Assembly (NCBI GenBank): GCA_963716175.1
Contig: OY970296.1
Coordinates: forward strand, 2,080,001 to 2,144,000
Direction of reading: 5' to 3'
Origin: an uncultured Armatimonadetes bacterium
GTDB lineage: Bacteria > Armatimonadota > Hebobacteria > Hebobacterales > Hebobacteraceae
Length of the DNA: 64,000 nucleotides
This document shows, one piece after another, positions 29,718-39,269 of the stretch (its first letter is position 1; each line of letters opens with the position of its first letter). The position numbers were made by a program, and so were the translations under genes. The notes under the pieces are model-generated. The model was not told the origin of the DNA, searched no databases, and saw only the letters and a program-made list of their open reading frames with translations.

Positions 29718-30737
29718 ATGTCCGAGATCAGGCAGGACCAGGCGACGAAGCGATGGGTGATCATGGCGACGGAGAGGGCGAAGCGGCCCCACGAGCTGGT
29801 GGGCCAGCGACCGGCCGTCGAGAAGCAACCCGAGTACTCGCCCATGTGTCCCTTCTGCCCGGGCAATGAGAAAATGACACCTCCGGAGTTGCTCGCCTAC
29901 CGAAAGAGCGGCGCGGCAAACTCACCGGGCTGGGAGGTGCGCGTCGTTCCGAATCGTTTCGCGGCGCTCAGCCCAGAGGGCGAGTTGGCCATTCGGGACC
30001 CGTACTGGTTCACCAACGTCACCGGCGTCGGCGCGCACGAGGTCATCATCGAGAGCCCCATTCACAATGCCAGTCCCGCGACCATGGACCTGGAGCACGT
30101 GACCCGCGCTCTTGTGCTGGCGGGTCAGCGGTTTGAGCAGCTGCAGCAGGATCACCGCCTGAACTACATCGCTTTCTTCCGCAACAACGGATTCGCCGCG
30201 GGGTCGTCGCTGACCCACCCGCATACGCAGATCATCGCCACGCCGATCGCGCCCACCAACATCCGGCTCGAGATCGAGGAGGCGCGTCGGCACTACGACG
30301 ACCGCATGCACTGCGTCTACTGCGAGACTATCGAGAGGGAGCGTGAGGCGGGCGCGCGGGTGGTGCTGGAGACGGAGGCGTTTCTCGTCTTCGAGCCGTT
30401 CGCGTCCCGATGGCCGTTCGAGACGTGGATCATCCCCAAGCAGCATGCGTCAGTGCTGATTCCGGCCGGCCCAGACCAGGTTCGTCCCCTCGCCGACGCG
30501 CTTCAGACGACGCTGCGCGCGCTCTACCGGGCGCTGGGCGACCCTGCCTATAACCTCGTTCTTCACGAGGCGCCGCTGCGGGACAGCTGCGAAGACTACT
30601 GGCACTGGCACATCGAGATACTGCCGCGGCTTTCGACCGCAGCCGGGTTCGAGCTGGGCACAGGCATCTGGATCAACGCCATGTTGCCGGAGGACGCAGC
30701 CGCTCACCTGCGCGCCTTCGCGTCCGGCAGGCCATAG
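29718..30737 (+). CDS. galT: Galactose-1-phosphate uridylyltransferase
   Basis: RAKRP, CPFCPGNE, HEVIIESP, GSSLTHPHTQ (HPH motif), HWHIEILPR, AGFELG. Confidence 0.93.
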   Translation: MSEIRQDQATKRWVIMATERAKRPHELVGQRPAVEKQPEYSPMCPFCPGNEKMTPPELLAYRKSGAANSPGWEVRVVPNRFAALSPEGELAIRDPYWFTNVTGVGAHEVIIESPIHNASPATMDLEHVTRALVLAGQRFEQLQQDHRLNYIAFFRNNGFAAGSSLTHPHTQIIATPIAPTNIRLEIEEARRHYDDRMHCVYCETIEREREAGARVVLETEAFLVFEPFASRWPFETWIIPKQHASVLIPAGPDQVRPLADALQTTLRALYRALGDPAYNLVLHEAPLRDSCEDYWHWHIEILPRLSTAAGFELGTGIWINAMLPEDAAAHLRAFASGRP

Positions 30738-30833
30738 AGCAGCATAGGGACATTGCCGGCGCAGGCGGCCGCCGCGGCCGAGCGGGTGTTGGCGCCTGAG
30801 ATCGAGATCACATTTCTGTAGCAGGCAGTAGCG

Positions 30834-31060
30834 ATGACGGCAACGCTTGAGCAAGCCAAGTGGAAGTGCCGCACCACAGTGCGGAAGTCTGAGGGTGACG
30901 TGGAAGAGTACATCGCCCGGTTCGGCGAGGAGGAGGGCCTGCGGCGCTTCTAGGCCGAGCACGCCCCGACTGAGGAGATCGTGCGCGAGGGCAACGTGCT
31001 GCTCCGCGTAGGGATCCGGGCCATCTGGAAGCTGGTGGCCGGTCTCTCGGCGACCGCCTA
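30834..31060 (+). pseudogene. Short gene remnant with in-frame TAG, possibly phage-derived
   Basis: MTATLEQAKWKCRTTVRK...RF*AEHAP.EEIVREGNVLL..GI.AIWKLVAG. Confidence 0.3.
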
Positions 31061-31156
31061 CAGCAACGCTGCCCCCCAGGTGCTATAATGTGCGGGTCGG
31101 CCAGCCCATTCGGGCCGCAAGCCAGAACGTGAGCTGCGGCGCTGAGGGGGTGTGCG

Positions 31157-33175
31157 ATGACTGCTCGTGGTGTGTGGCGCATCGGTGGGCGAGACGTGCG
31201 CGCGATGCTCGTCGTATGCATCGTGGTTCCCTGCTGCATCTGTGCATCGGTAGCGATGGCCGGCACTCCCCCGGTGCCCATTGAGGGGACGATTCTTGTG
31301 ACGGCCGATGGTGACCCCCTCGGCGTCTACTTCATCGAGGGCTTGTCGGACAACCGCGTCCCGGCCCCGATCCTGTTCGGTCAGGGCGAGATCTCCCCAT
31401 ACACGGATCGGGTGGCCTACAGTCTCACCGATGCCTGGCCGGAGACGCAGTGCGACGTCTCGACCGCGCGGATTGATGGCTCGGACATCGTCAATCTCAC
31501 GGCGCTGGCCGATCTGGGAGGGGTGAACTGCAACCCGGCCTGGTCACCGGACGCGCGGCAGATCGCCTTCCAGCATGCGGATCCGACGCCCTCGCTCACC
31601 CCGTGTAAGGCCGGGTTCCATGTCTGGGTTATCAATGCAGACGGTACCGGCGCGCACCGTGTGACTGCTCCGGGGGCGTCGCCCACGAAGGACCCCTCGT
31701 GGGCACCCGACGGTCATCGTCTGACGTGCTGGTCAGAGGATGGCAACGCGATTGCGCTCAACGTCGATGGAACGGACCTCGTCGTTTTGCCCCATGTCGC
31801 TGACTACCCAGACTGGTCTCCGGATGGCGCCTCCATCATCTCCACCACGTACGACGAAGGGACGAACGGCGGCCAGACCGGCATGTGGCGCCGGATCGTG
31901 CTCACAGACAGAAATGGGGACAACCCCAGCGTGCTCTTTGAGCGGTTCATCAGCGATGCCGACGTCGCGACCCAGGTGGCCCTCTACGGTTCGACCTTCC
32001 CGTCCGGGTCTGATCCGGTCGGGATTGTCCAGGAGGGTGTGGGGCCATCGAACGCAAGGTGGTCGCCTACCGGCACCCGTATCCTCTTCCGAGCGGCGCT
32101 CCCCTTCGACCCGACAGGCCTGGCCTACAGTCGCCAAGTCGAGCTCTGGTTGTGGGACGTGGCGACCGGTGACCTGACGAGGATCACAGAGAACGATGCC
32201 TGCGAGTACGATCACAGTTGGCACGGTGATAACACCTACCCCGATCACCCGAGTGTGACGGTGGACAACACGACCGTGACCTTCTGTCAGGTGCTCGCGC
32301 CTGGTGTGACAACGATCATCCAGGAGGATGCCGGCGTGACGGTACGCGCGGACCAGGTGGCGGTCCCGCCCTTCTTCAACATCCTCACGACCGCGCAGGT
32401 CAGCGGCCCCATCTGCGTCTCGATGACCTATGAAGACGCAGCGGTGCCCGCGGCCGCGGAAGGGCACCTCTCGCTGGTGCGCTTCGACCCGGAGGCGCGC
32501 ATGTGGTTCAGTCAGCCTTCGACGCCTGACCCGGTCCACAGCGTGGTTACTGGACAGCCATCCTCCCTTGGCGACTTGGGCCTGATGTGGCCGCTACCCT
32601 CGAGCCAGTTCTCGGATGTCGCGTCATCGGCCACCGATCCCTACTGGGCCTTGTGGGAGATCGAGGCCGCCTATGGCGCAGGCATCGTTAAGGGCTACTC
32701 CGACGGCACCTACAAGCCCACCGACCCGGTGACCCGCGACCAGATGGCCGTCTACATTTCCCGCGCGGTGGCGGGCGGCGATGGCAGTGTCCCCGACTTC
32801 ACCGGCACCCCGACCTTCACCGATGTGCCGGCGGGCTACTGGGCGCTGAAGTACATCGAGTATGCGGCGAGCCACGACGTGGTCCAAGGCTACGACCCCA
32901 CCCACTATGTCCCCGATGCCGTGGTGGACCGGGGCCAGATGGCGGTCTTCGTCGCTCGCTCCCAGGGGTGGGTAAATCTGGGGGATGACATGACCACCGC
33001 CCCTCAGGTCTTCTCCGATGTCCCCGCGGGCTTCTGGGCCGGCACCGCGATCAAGGCCTGTGTGGACCATGTGGTGGTGCAGGGCTATCTGGATGGCCTT
33101 TACCACCCAGCTGACGCGGTCACCCGCGACCAGATGGCGGTGTATGTGGCGAGGGCCTTCAAGCTGCCGATGTGA
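31157..33175 (+). CDS. Secreted TolB/PD40 beta-propeller protein with three C-terminal SLH domains
   Basis: PAWSPD/PSWAPD/PDWSPD repeats; FSDV...YWA..., GYSDGTYKP..VTRDQMAVY x3. Confidence 0.92.
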   Translation: MTARGVWRIGGRDVRAMLVVCIVVPCCICASVAMAGTPPVPIEGTILVTADGDPLGVYFIEGLSDNRVPAPILFGQGEISPYTDRVAYSLTDAWPETQCDVSTARIDGSDIVNLTALADLGGVNCNPAWSPDARQIAFQHADPTPSLTPCKAGFHVWVINADGTGAHRVTAPGASPTKDPSWAPDGHRLTCWSEDGNAIALNVDGTDLVVLPHVADYPDWSPDGASIISTTYDEGTNGGQTGMWRRIVLTDRNGDNPSVLFERFISDADVATQVALYGSTFPSGSDPVGIVQEGVGPSNARWSPTGTRILFRAALPFDPTGLAYSRQVELWLWDVATGDLTRITENDACEYDHSWHGDNTYPDHPSVTVDNTTVTFCQVLAPGVTTIIQEDAGVTVRADQVAVPPFFNILTTAQVSGPICVSMTYEDAAVPAAAEGHLSLVRFDPEARMWFSQPSTPDPVHSVVTGQPSSLGDLGLMWPLPSSQFSDVASSATDPYWALWEIEAAYGAGIVKGYSDGTYKPTDPVTRDQMAVYISRAVAGGDGSVPDFTGTPTFTDVPAGYWALKYIEYAASHDVVQGYDPTHYVPDAVVDRGQMAVFVARSQGWVNLGDDMTTAPQVFSDVPAGFWAGTAIKACVDHVVVQGYLDGLYHPADAVTRDQMAVYVARAFKLPM

Positions 33176-33458
33176 CGAAGAGCCCTCCGGCTAGCGCGAT
33201 CCCTGCATGGCCACCGCGCCATTGAGCACATAATGCGTCCTATGGGCATAGTCTCCCCCTGACCTGTGCGTCGGACGCGCGACACCGGTCAGCCCTGGGG
33301 CATCGGCGGTAGCTGCCATTGTGCCCGCGACCGATTCAGAGTATACTGCGTGCAGTGCCCGTTCGGGCACACGAGTCTAGAAGGCCGTATCTTCGGGGTG
33401 AGGGACGTTCGTAGGCCGATCTCCGTAGCCGCGATGCTTTCGGAAAGGAGACCGGCAG

Positions 33459-33656
33459 ATGATCAAAGGTACCGTGAAGTGGTTCAAGGACGAGAAGGGC
33501 TTCGGCTTCATCGAGACCGAGACGGGTGATGTCTTCGTGCATCACTCGGCCATCGAGGGAGAGGGATTCCGTTCCCTGCGCGAGGGCCAAGAGGTCGAGC
33601 TCGAAATCGGTCAGAGCGATAAAGGGCCGAGGGCCGTCAAGGTCCGAGCACTCTAG
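33459..33656 (+). CDS. Cold-shock protein
   Basis: [33 protein letters not shown]. Confidence 0.95.
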   Translation: MIKGTVKWFKDEKGFGFIETETGDVFVHHSAIEGEGFRSLREGQEVELEIGQSDKGPRAVKVRAL

Positions 33657-33677
33657 TTCGGTCTAGCGTTGCAGCGA

Positions 33678-33713
33678 AAGCGCTCTGGCGTATGCCGGGG
33701 CGCTTCTCGCTTT
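33678..33713 (+). terminator. Putative terminator after the csp gene
   Basis: aagcgctctggc-gtat-gccggggcgctt then ctcgcttt. Confidence 0.5.
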
Positions 33714-33764
33714 CCGGGTGGAGGCGAGCAGCAGTTCGGCGGGCCGTGCCCGCCTGCGGCGTGC

Positions 33765-34087
33765 CCTAGCCGATGCCCCCGAAGTGGTTCGCCGGCAGTT
33801 CGGCAACCTGAGCCTGCAGATCCTCGTCCTCGAGAATGGGTGTAGCGCTGGGTGGTGGTCACCCAGGCGTGGCCCAGCAGCTCCTGCACCGCCCGCAGGT
33901 TGGGCCGGGCACGCAGGGCGTGCGTGGCGAATGCGCCAGAGGCGCATGAAGGTGTGGCGCACCAGGTGGGGGCCGGAGCGATCAGTGATGCCGGCCGCCT
34001 GCAGGTAGCGGTTCACCAATAGCGCGATGCCGCGCACGGAGAAGCGATCCCCGCTGCGATTCAGGAAGAGCGCCGGCTTCGTCCCTA
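33765..34087 (-). pseudogene. Second XerC/D-like recombinase C-terminal fragment with the same 19-nt hairpin insertion (33929-33947)
   Basis: PALFLNRSG.RFSVRG...GPHLVRHTF / ATHALR...[15 protein letters not shown]; paralogous to 22495-22795. Confidence 0.88.
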
Positions 34088-34242
34088 GTGCTGACGGCCG
34101 GGATGGCGGCCGGCTCTGCCGGCCTTGCCCCCTGGAACGAGTCCAGGTGGATCGCCCAGACAGAGCTTGGGTGGAGGGGAGGCGAGGAGGATACCTTTCG
34201 CCGTTGAATGAACCGGAAGCGCTGGGCGCGGAGGAGACGGGA

Positions 34243-35499
34243 ATGGTCCTTTCCCCACTTGAGCAGAGACTAGTCGCGGCCCTCGAAGGCATGGAGATCA
34301 TCGACGCGCACGAGCATCTGGTGCCGGAAAAGTATCGTGTGAACACTCCCGTCGACGTCTTCACGCTCTTCGCTCACTACACCTATGGCGACCTCCGCAC
34401 CGCGGGCATGTCCGATCAGGAGTACTGGACGGTCCGGAACCATGACCTGCCCCTCGACTATCGCTGGCGGGTCTTCTCCCCCTACTGGGAGCAGATTCGC
34501 TGGACCAGCTACTCCCGCTCTGCCTTGATCGCAGCTAAGCGGTTCTACGACGCGGATGACATCAACGTGAGCACGTACGTCGACATCTCGGAGAGGATGC
34601 GGCCCGCGAACACGCCCGGCATCTACGAGCGCGTGCTGCGCGAGGCCTGTAACATCCGCACCTGCCTCACTCAGTGGCTCGCCCAGAGCCGGGTCACCGA
34701 CTTCGGGACGCCGCTACTGAAGCCAGTGATGTTCATCCTCAGGGTGGACTTCGAGCCCGACCCCTTCCGCTGGGGCCTGCAATCTTGGTCGGAGATCCCA
34801 GGCGAAGGATCCATCCGCAGCCTGGACGACCTCGTGGCCGCCGGCCGCGCCCACATCAGCCAAGTCAAGGCTGAGGGCGCGGCAGGTGTGAAGATGGTCT
34901 CCCATCCGTTCCAGGCGCCCGATCGCCAGGCGGCGCATGAGGCATTCGAGCAGCTCCGCACCGGTGCGGCCTCCGAGTTACCTGCGACCAACCCGCTGCG
35001 CGATTACGTGGTCGACGAACTCATCCGGTACGCCGGTGAGCAGGACCTGACCGTCGCCGTGCACACCGGGTACTGGGGAGACTTCCGCAGGCTCAATCCT
35101 CTGCATATGATCCCGACGCTGCAGCGGCATCCCGAGGTGCGCTTCGACCTCTACCACCTCGGCTATCCGTGGGTACGGGAATCGTTGATGCTTGGCAAGC
35201 AGCTCTCGAACGTCTGGCTCAACTTCTGCTGGACCCACATCATCTCCCAGCGCTTCGCCATGGACGCGCTGGACGAGGCTATTGACCTCCTGCCGATGAA
35301 CAAGGTCATCGGGTTCGGAGGTGACTACAACTTCGCGGTCGAGAAGGTCTACGGCCATCTGGTGATGGCGAGAGAGGACATCGCCCGCGTGCTGGCGCGC
35401 CGCATTGAGCGGGGGCAGATGAACGAGGACCAGGCCCTCGGCCTCGCCCGCAAGTGGCTCTGGGACAACCCGAAGGAACTCTACCGGCTCGACGTCTGA
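34243..35499 (+). CDS. Amidohydrolase family protein
   Basis: IIDAHEH, AVHTG, FDLYHLGYP, IGFGGDY; RBS gaggag. Confidence 0.88.
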   Translation: MVLSPLEQRLVAALEGMEIIDAHEHLVPEKYRVNTPVDVFTLFAHYTYGDLRTAGMSDQEYWTVRNHDLPLDYRWRVFSPYWEQIRWTSYSRSALIAAKRFYDADDINVSTYVDISERMRPANTPGIYERVLREACNIRTCLTQWLAQSRVTDFGTPLLKPVMFILRVDFEPDPFRWGLQSWSEIPGEGSIRSLDDLVAAGRAHISQVKAEGAAGVKMVSHPFQAPDRQAAHEAFEQLRTGAASELPATNPLRDYVVDELIRYAGEQDLTVAVHTGYWGDFRRLNPLHMIPTLQRHPEVRFDLYHLGYPWVRESLMLGKQLSNVWLNFCWTHIISQRFAMDALDEAIDLLPMNKVIGFGGDYNFAVEKVYGHLVMAREDIARVLARRIERGQMNEDQALGLARKWLWDNPKELYRLDV

Positions 35500-36332
35500 G
35501 CGCGCGGCGGACTGCCGGGAGCCGGGGAAGCCCCGTCACCACCGACCGGGCCGGGGCCAGCCGCGGGGGCCGGCGCGGCGGGCTTGGCCGCCTCCGCCTC
35601 CATCGGGGTGAACCTGAACGCGCGCACCACCACCTCCACCGGTTTGCCGTCCGTGGGAGGTCGGCCCTCGAAGCACCACAGGTTGATGTGCACTGGCATG
35701 GGCTGCTGGGAGATGCGGGTGGCGGGGTCCTCCGGCCGGTAGCGCCAGCTCGCCACCTGCTGCAGGTCGTCGTCGCGATGCCCCAGCAGCGACTGGAAGA
35801 AGACGCTGGTGGGCGACCAGGTGAACCGCTGCGTGCTCAGGTCCCCGTCGAGGGCGATGGGGAAGGTATGGGAGGTGCTTTTCAACTCCCTCTCGACCGG
35901 CCACACGGTGTAGTTTCCGATTGGCGCCTTGGGTAGACCCCACTTCGCGAACTCGATGTCGATCTCGCGCGTCCCGCCGCGACCGACGTCGCGAGTGGGG
36001 TAGTTGAACAGCCCGAGCACGACATTCAGGTCGAGCTTGTCCACCCGACCCTCGATCCAGAACTGGTAGCGGCCGAACCCGAAGCGGCTCGTCGTGGAAA
36101 CCTCGGAGCAGTACCACGTGCCCTCCCGGGGCGCGAGCTTCATGTGCAGATAGCCGCGGTCATCAACCCAGGCGTCGTTCTCGTCCCACTCATTCGGGCC
36201 AGGGCCGCCGCGACCCGCGCCGCGGACGGTCCAGTCGTAGTCTGAGAACCTGATCGTCTTCGCCTGGCCGACGCCGGAAGCCATCGCCAGGACGGCCATG
36301 AACCCGATCACGAACGCGAGCTTCTCTGCCAT
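35481..36332 (-). CDS. GH16 family glycoside hydrolase
   Basis: Signal peptide, FGFGRY, EIDIE catalytic motif, PVHINLW. Confidence 0.85.
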   Translation of the reverse strand: MAEKLAFVIGFMAVLAMASGVGQAKTIRFSDYDWTVRGAGRGGPGPNEWDENDAWVDDRGYLHMKLAPREGTWYCSEVSTTSRFGFGRYQFWIEGRVDKLDLNVVLGLFNYPTRDVGRGGTREIDIEFAKWGLPKAPIGNYTVWPVERELKSTSHTFPIALDGDLSTQRFTWSPTSVFFQSLLGHRDDDLQQVASWRYRPEDPATRISQQPMPVHINLWCFEGRPPTDGKPVEVVVRAFRFTPMEAEAAKPAAPAPAAGPGPVGGDGASPAPGSPPRAQTSSR

Positions 36333-36579
36333 GGGCTGCTCCTTCCGCTCCCCTCCTGGGCGTCCTTCGCTGGGCGGGCCGCGCCTCCTGCGATGGCCGC
36401 GGCCAGTTCGCCCGGGCTCATCCGCACCACCAGGGTGACATCATCCTTTCCCGTCCGGTGCACCCGCTCGCTCCCGCCAGAGGCGGGCAAGCTTACCCGT
36501 GGTCTGGGGAGGGTGCGAGCGGGCCCCTAGCTGCCTCAGGCCCATCGTCTGCAGATGGAGTCCCCGGCCGATGCGCGGG

Positions 36580-36759
36580 CTAGAGCGACTCCGGCGGCTG
36601 GAGCACACCAAGCACCGTCTTGTAGACGCGCACCGCGAGCTCGGCCGCGAGCTGGATCTGCTCGTCACTGGCTTCGATGTTTGCGCGCCGGGCTGGCAGG
36701 GCGATGCTCGGCTGGAGAATGGCAGCGGACAGGCGCACAGCGATCTCTTCGTTGGACAC
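36580..36759 (-). CDS. Small hypothetical protein
   Basis: 59-aa ORF (MSNEEIAVRLSAAIL...) with RBS ggaggag. Confidence 0.6.
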   Translation of the reverse strand: MSNEEIAVRLSAAILQPSIALPARRANIEASDEQIQLAAELAVRVYKTVLGVLQPPESL

Positions 36760-36917
36760 GCTTCTCTCCTCCCTCGTTTGGTTGGCGGCAACGTCCGCTT
36801 CGGCAAGGAGGGGGGAATGCCTGTCCCTGCGACACACCTGCCGGGCGCATGCCGCGGAACCTGCTCGTGCCACGCGCCCTACACGCGGCTCATCTTAGCC
36901 GTTGAATGAGATCCTTC

Positions 36918-37979
36918 TCACAACCACCGCCTGCGCCTGAAGTAGGCCAGCATTCCCAGGGCCGACATCGTCATCACCGCCCACAGCGCGGGGTAGGCCC
37001 AGGGGAGGTCGAGCTCGGGCATGTGCTTGAAGTTCATCCCATAGACCCCGGCCAGGAAAGTCAGCGGGATGAAGATGGTGGCGATGATCGTGAGCACCTT
37101 CATCACCTCGTTCAGCCGGTGGCTCATGCTGGAAAGGTAGGTGTCGAGCATCCCCGAGATCATGTCGCGGTAGGATTCCAGGGTCTCGATCACCTGGATG
37201 GTGTGATCGTACACATCCTTTAGATAGACCAGCGTGGTCTCTTTGATCAGCGCCGACTCTCGGCGTTCCAGCGCGCTGATCACCTCCCGCAGCGGCCACA
37301 CCGACTTGCGCAGGAAGATCATCTCCCGCTTCAGCCGGTGGATAGATTGGAGCACCTCAGAGGTGGGGTTGCGCACCAGGTCCTCTTCTACCTCCTCGAT
37401 CTCCGCTCCCAGCCTCTCCAGGATCACGAAGTAGTGATCCACCACCGCATCGAGCAGCGAGTAAGCCAGGTAGTCCGAGCCCTGACTGCGGAGGCGCGAC
37501 TGCGCGTTTCGCAGCCTCACCCGCACCGGCTCGAAGACGTCCTTCCCGTTCTCCTGCAACGAGATCACGAAGTTCGGCCCCACCACCAGGCTGAGCTGCT
37601 CGGCCACCGCCTCGCCGTCGTCGCCGTAGTAGAGCATCTTCAGCACCAGATAGAGGTAGCGCCCATAGTCCTCGAGCTTGGGCCGCTGCTCAGTGTTGCC
37701 GATATCCTCCACCACCAACGGGTGAATGTCATAGCACGCGCCGAGCTTCTCGAGGAGCGCGGTATCGTGAATCCCGGAGACGTTCAGCCAGGTTACGGTC
37801 GGGCTCTCCTTGAACTTGATGCAGGCCTCCGCGGTGGTGAAATCGTGCTCCTCGCAGCGGTCTGGGTCATAGTCGAAGACCGCAATCCGCGCGGTCTCCA
37901 CCTTCCTCTCGCCGACATGAACCACTGTCCCTGGTTCCAGCCCGGCCTTCTGCGAACGTCGAGTGCCCAAGAGCCGCAT
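36918..37979 (-). CDS. corA: Magnesium/cobalt transporter CorA
   Basis: HPLVVEDI..QRPKLE, MKVLTIIATIFIPLTFLAGVYGMNF. Confidence 0.95.
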   Translation of the reverse strand: MRLLGTRRSQKAGLEPGTVVHVGERKVETARIAVFDYDPDRCEEHDFTTAEACIKFKESPTVTWLNVSGIHDTALLEKLGACYDIHPLVVEDIGNTEQRPKLEDYGRYLYLVLKMLYYGDDGEAVAEQLSLVVGPNFVISLQENGKDVFEPVRVRLRNAQSRLRSQGSDYLAYSLLDAVVDHYFVILERLGAEIEEVEEDLVRNPTSEVLQSIHRLKREMIFLRKSVWPLREVISALERRESALIKETTLVYLKDVYDHTIQVIETLESYRDMISGMLDTYLSSMSHRLNEVMKVLTIIATIFIPLTFLAGVYGMNFKHMPELDLPWAYPALWAVMTMSALGMLAYFRRRRWL

Positions 37980-38086
37980 GTTCGTTTCTCCCGCGCGGCA
38001 ACGGACTGAGCGAGTTGCCGACCGGTAGGAGTATGCCACGTGAAAGAGGTCATGGCAACAACTATGCCTGACGAGGCCAATGCCCG

Positions 38087-38199
38087 TGTCCAAGAACTGA
38101 CCCGGCCCTCAGATCGCCACCGCGGCGCGGCTGCTGTGTCGGGAATTGGCGCTGCAGAACGAGTACGCGCGCCTGGTCGCGCATGCGAGTTCCTGGACA
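38087..38199. mobile_element. 113-bp MITE-like element with 12-bp terminal inverted repeats
   Basis: Left tgtccaagaact, right agttcctggaca (11/12 match); internal tgtgtcgggaa is the reverse of the family core ttccc(c)gacac. Confidence 0.6.
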
Positions 38200-38500
38200 G
38201 CATGGGGTCTGCGCGCGAGCCGCGGTCTCAGAGAGGCCTGGTCGCGATGGTGTCCTCCAGTCCGGGGCAGGATCGCACCCCCTCATGATCCATGATCCCG
38301 CGGACGAACGAGGCTTCCATTTGATCTGGACCGCGCCGATGAGTTTGTGGGTAGCACGCAGTTCCACGGGCGATTAGCAGGGACACCATGCTGCAAGAGA
38401 ACCCCTAAGCGCGGCCCGCCCGAACGGAGGAGCGGGGGACGGACCGCATCCTCCGTTGCCGCAGGCATCGGTAGCGACCACGCGCATCCCAGTCGGCGAG

Positions 38501-39001
38501 TCATGCTCTGTCCGCAGACCACGACCAGTAAGTAACCCCCTCTGCTGGCATCTCGCGTCGGGCCGTCATCGAGTGTACTTCAACGATGATTGCTGACGTC
38601 GTCTGGAGCGCGCTCTCATCCAGTGTGAACTCCGGGTTGAAGTACCTCCCGAACGTCAGGAACGCATCGCGCAGCTCCTCGGGATCGGCGATCACCCGCG
38701 CCCTGCCATAGGCAATCACACTCTCCCAGTTCCCGTGGCACTTCCGGCTGTCCGCAAGGGCCCCGGGCTCACCGAAGCAGCGGTTGACCACGTAGCACAC
38801 GCTCGGATTCGCGTGGATCATGTCGAGCTTACGCCCGGTCGGTGCGCAGTGGAGATATAGCTTCCCACCAGAGTATGCGTGGTTCATCGGCACCGCGTAG
38901 GGCTCAGAGCTGCTGCACATCACCAGTACGCCCACCGCAGATGCTGTGATCATCCTCTCGCATTCCGCGCTGTTGGGCGAAGGTTCGATAGGCTTGGGCA
39001 T
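38501..39001 (-). CDS. Pyridoxamine 5'-phosphate oxidase/NimA-like FMN-binding protein
   Basis: PYAVPMNH, LYLHCA..GRKLD.I..NP.VC, WESVIAYG.A. Confidence 0.85.
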   Translation of the reverse strand: MPKPIEPSPNSAECERMITASAVGVLVMCSSSEPYAVPMNHAYSGGKLYLHCAPTGRKLDMIHANPSVCYVVNRCFGEPGALADSRKCHGNWESVIAYGRARVIADPEELRDAFLTFGRYFNPEFTLDESALQTTSAIIVEVHSMTARREMPAEGVTYWSWSADRA

Positions 39002-39269
39002 GTCGAGATCTCCCTCAGCGTGACTGCACCACCGCGGGTGCGGCATTGCCGCCGTTCGCGATCAGGAACTCCTTCGGCGACCTGTCGCGTGTCACCTGGG
39101 ATTCTCCACTGCTGCTTACCTCACGCCTGGGATACGGTCGGGCAGCACCATGTCATTGACCTCATGGCGCGTCTAATGGAGCCAATCACTGCTTGCGGTG
39201 TGCGCCCAGCTGAGCGAGTTCCGAGAGTTCGTGGCGGAGCGCTACAGAGAGACCGAGCGTCCAGGCTAT

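Noticed and set aside
14224-30953. Pyrrolysine or genome-wide TAG recoding
   Set aside because: Only two in-frame TAGs, one of them in a decayed remnant; conserved genes (csp, galT, rplT, gatA) end at TAG at their expected C-termini
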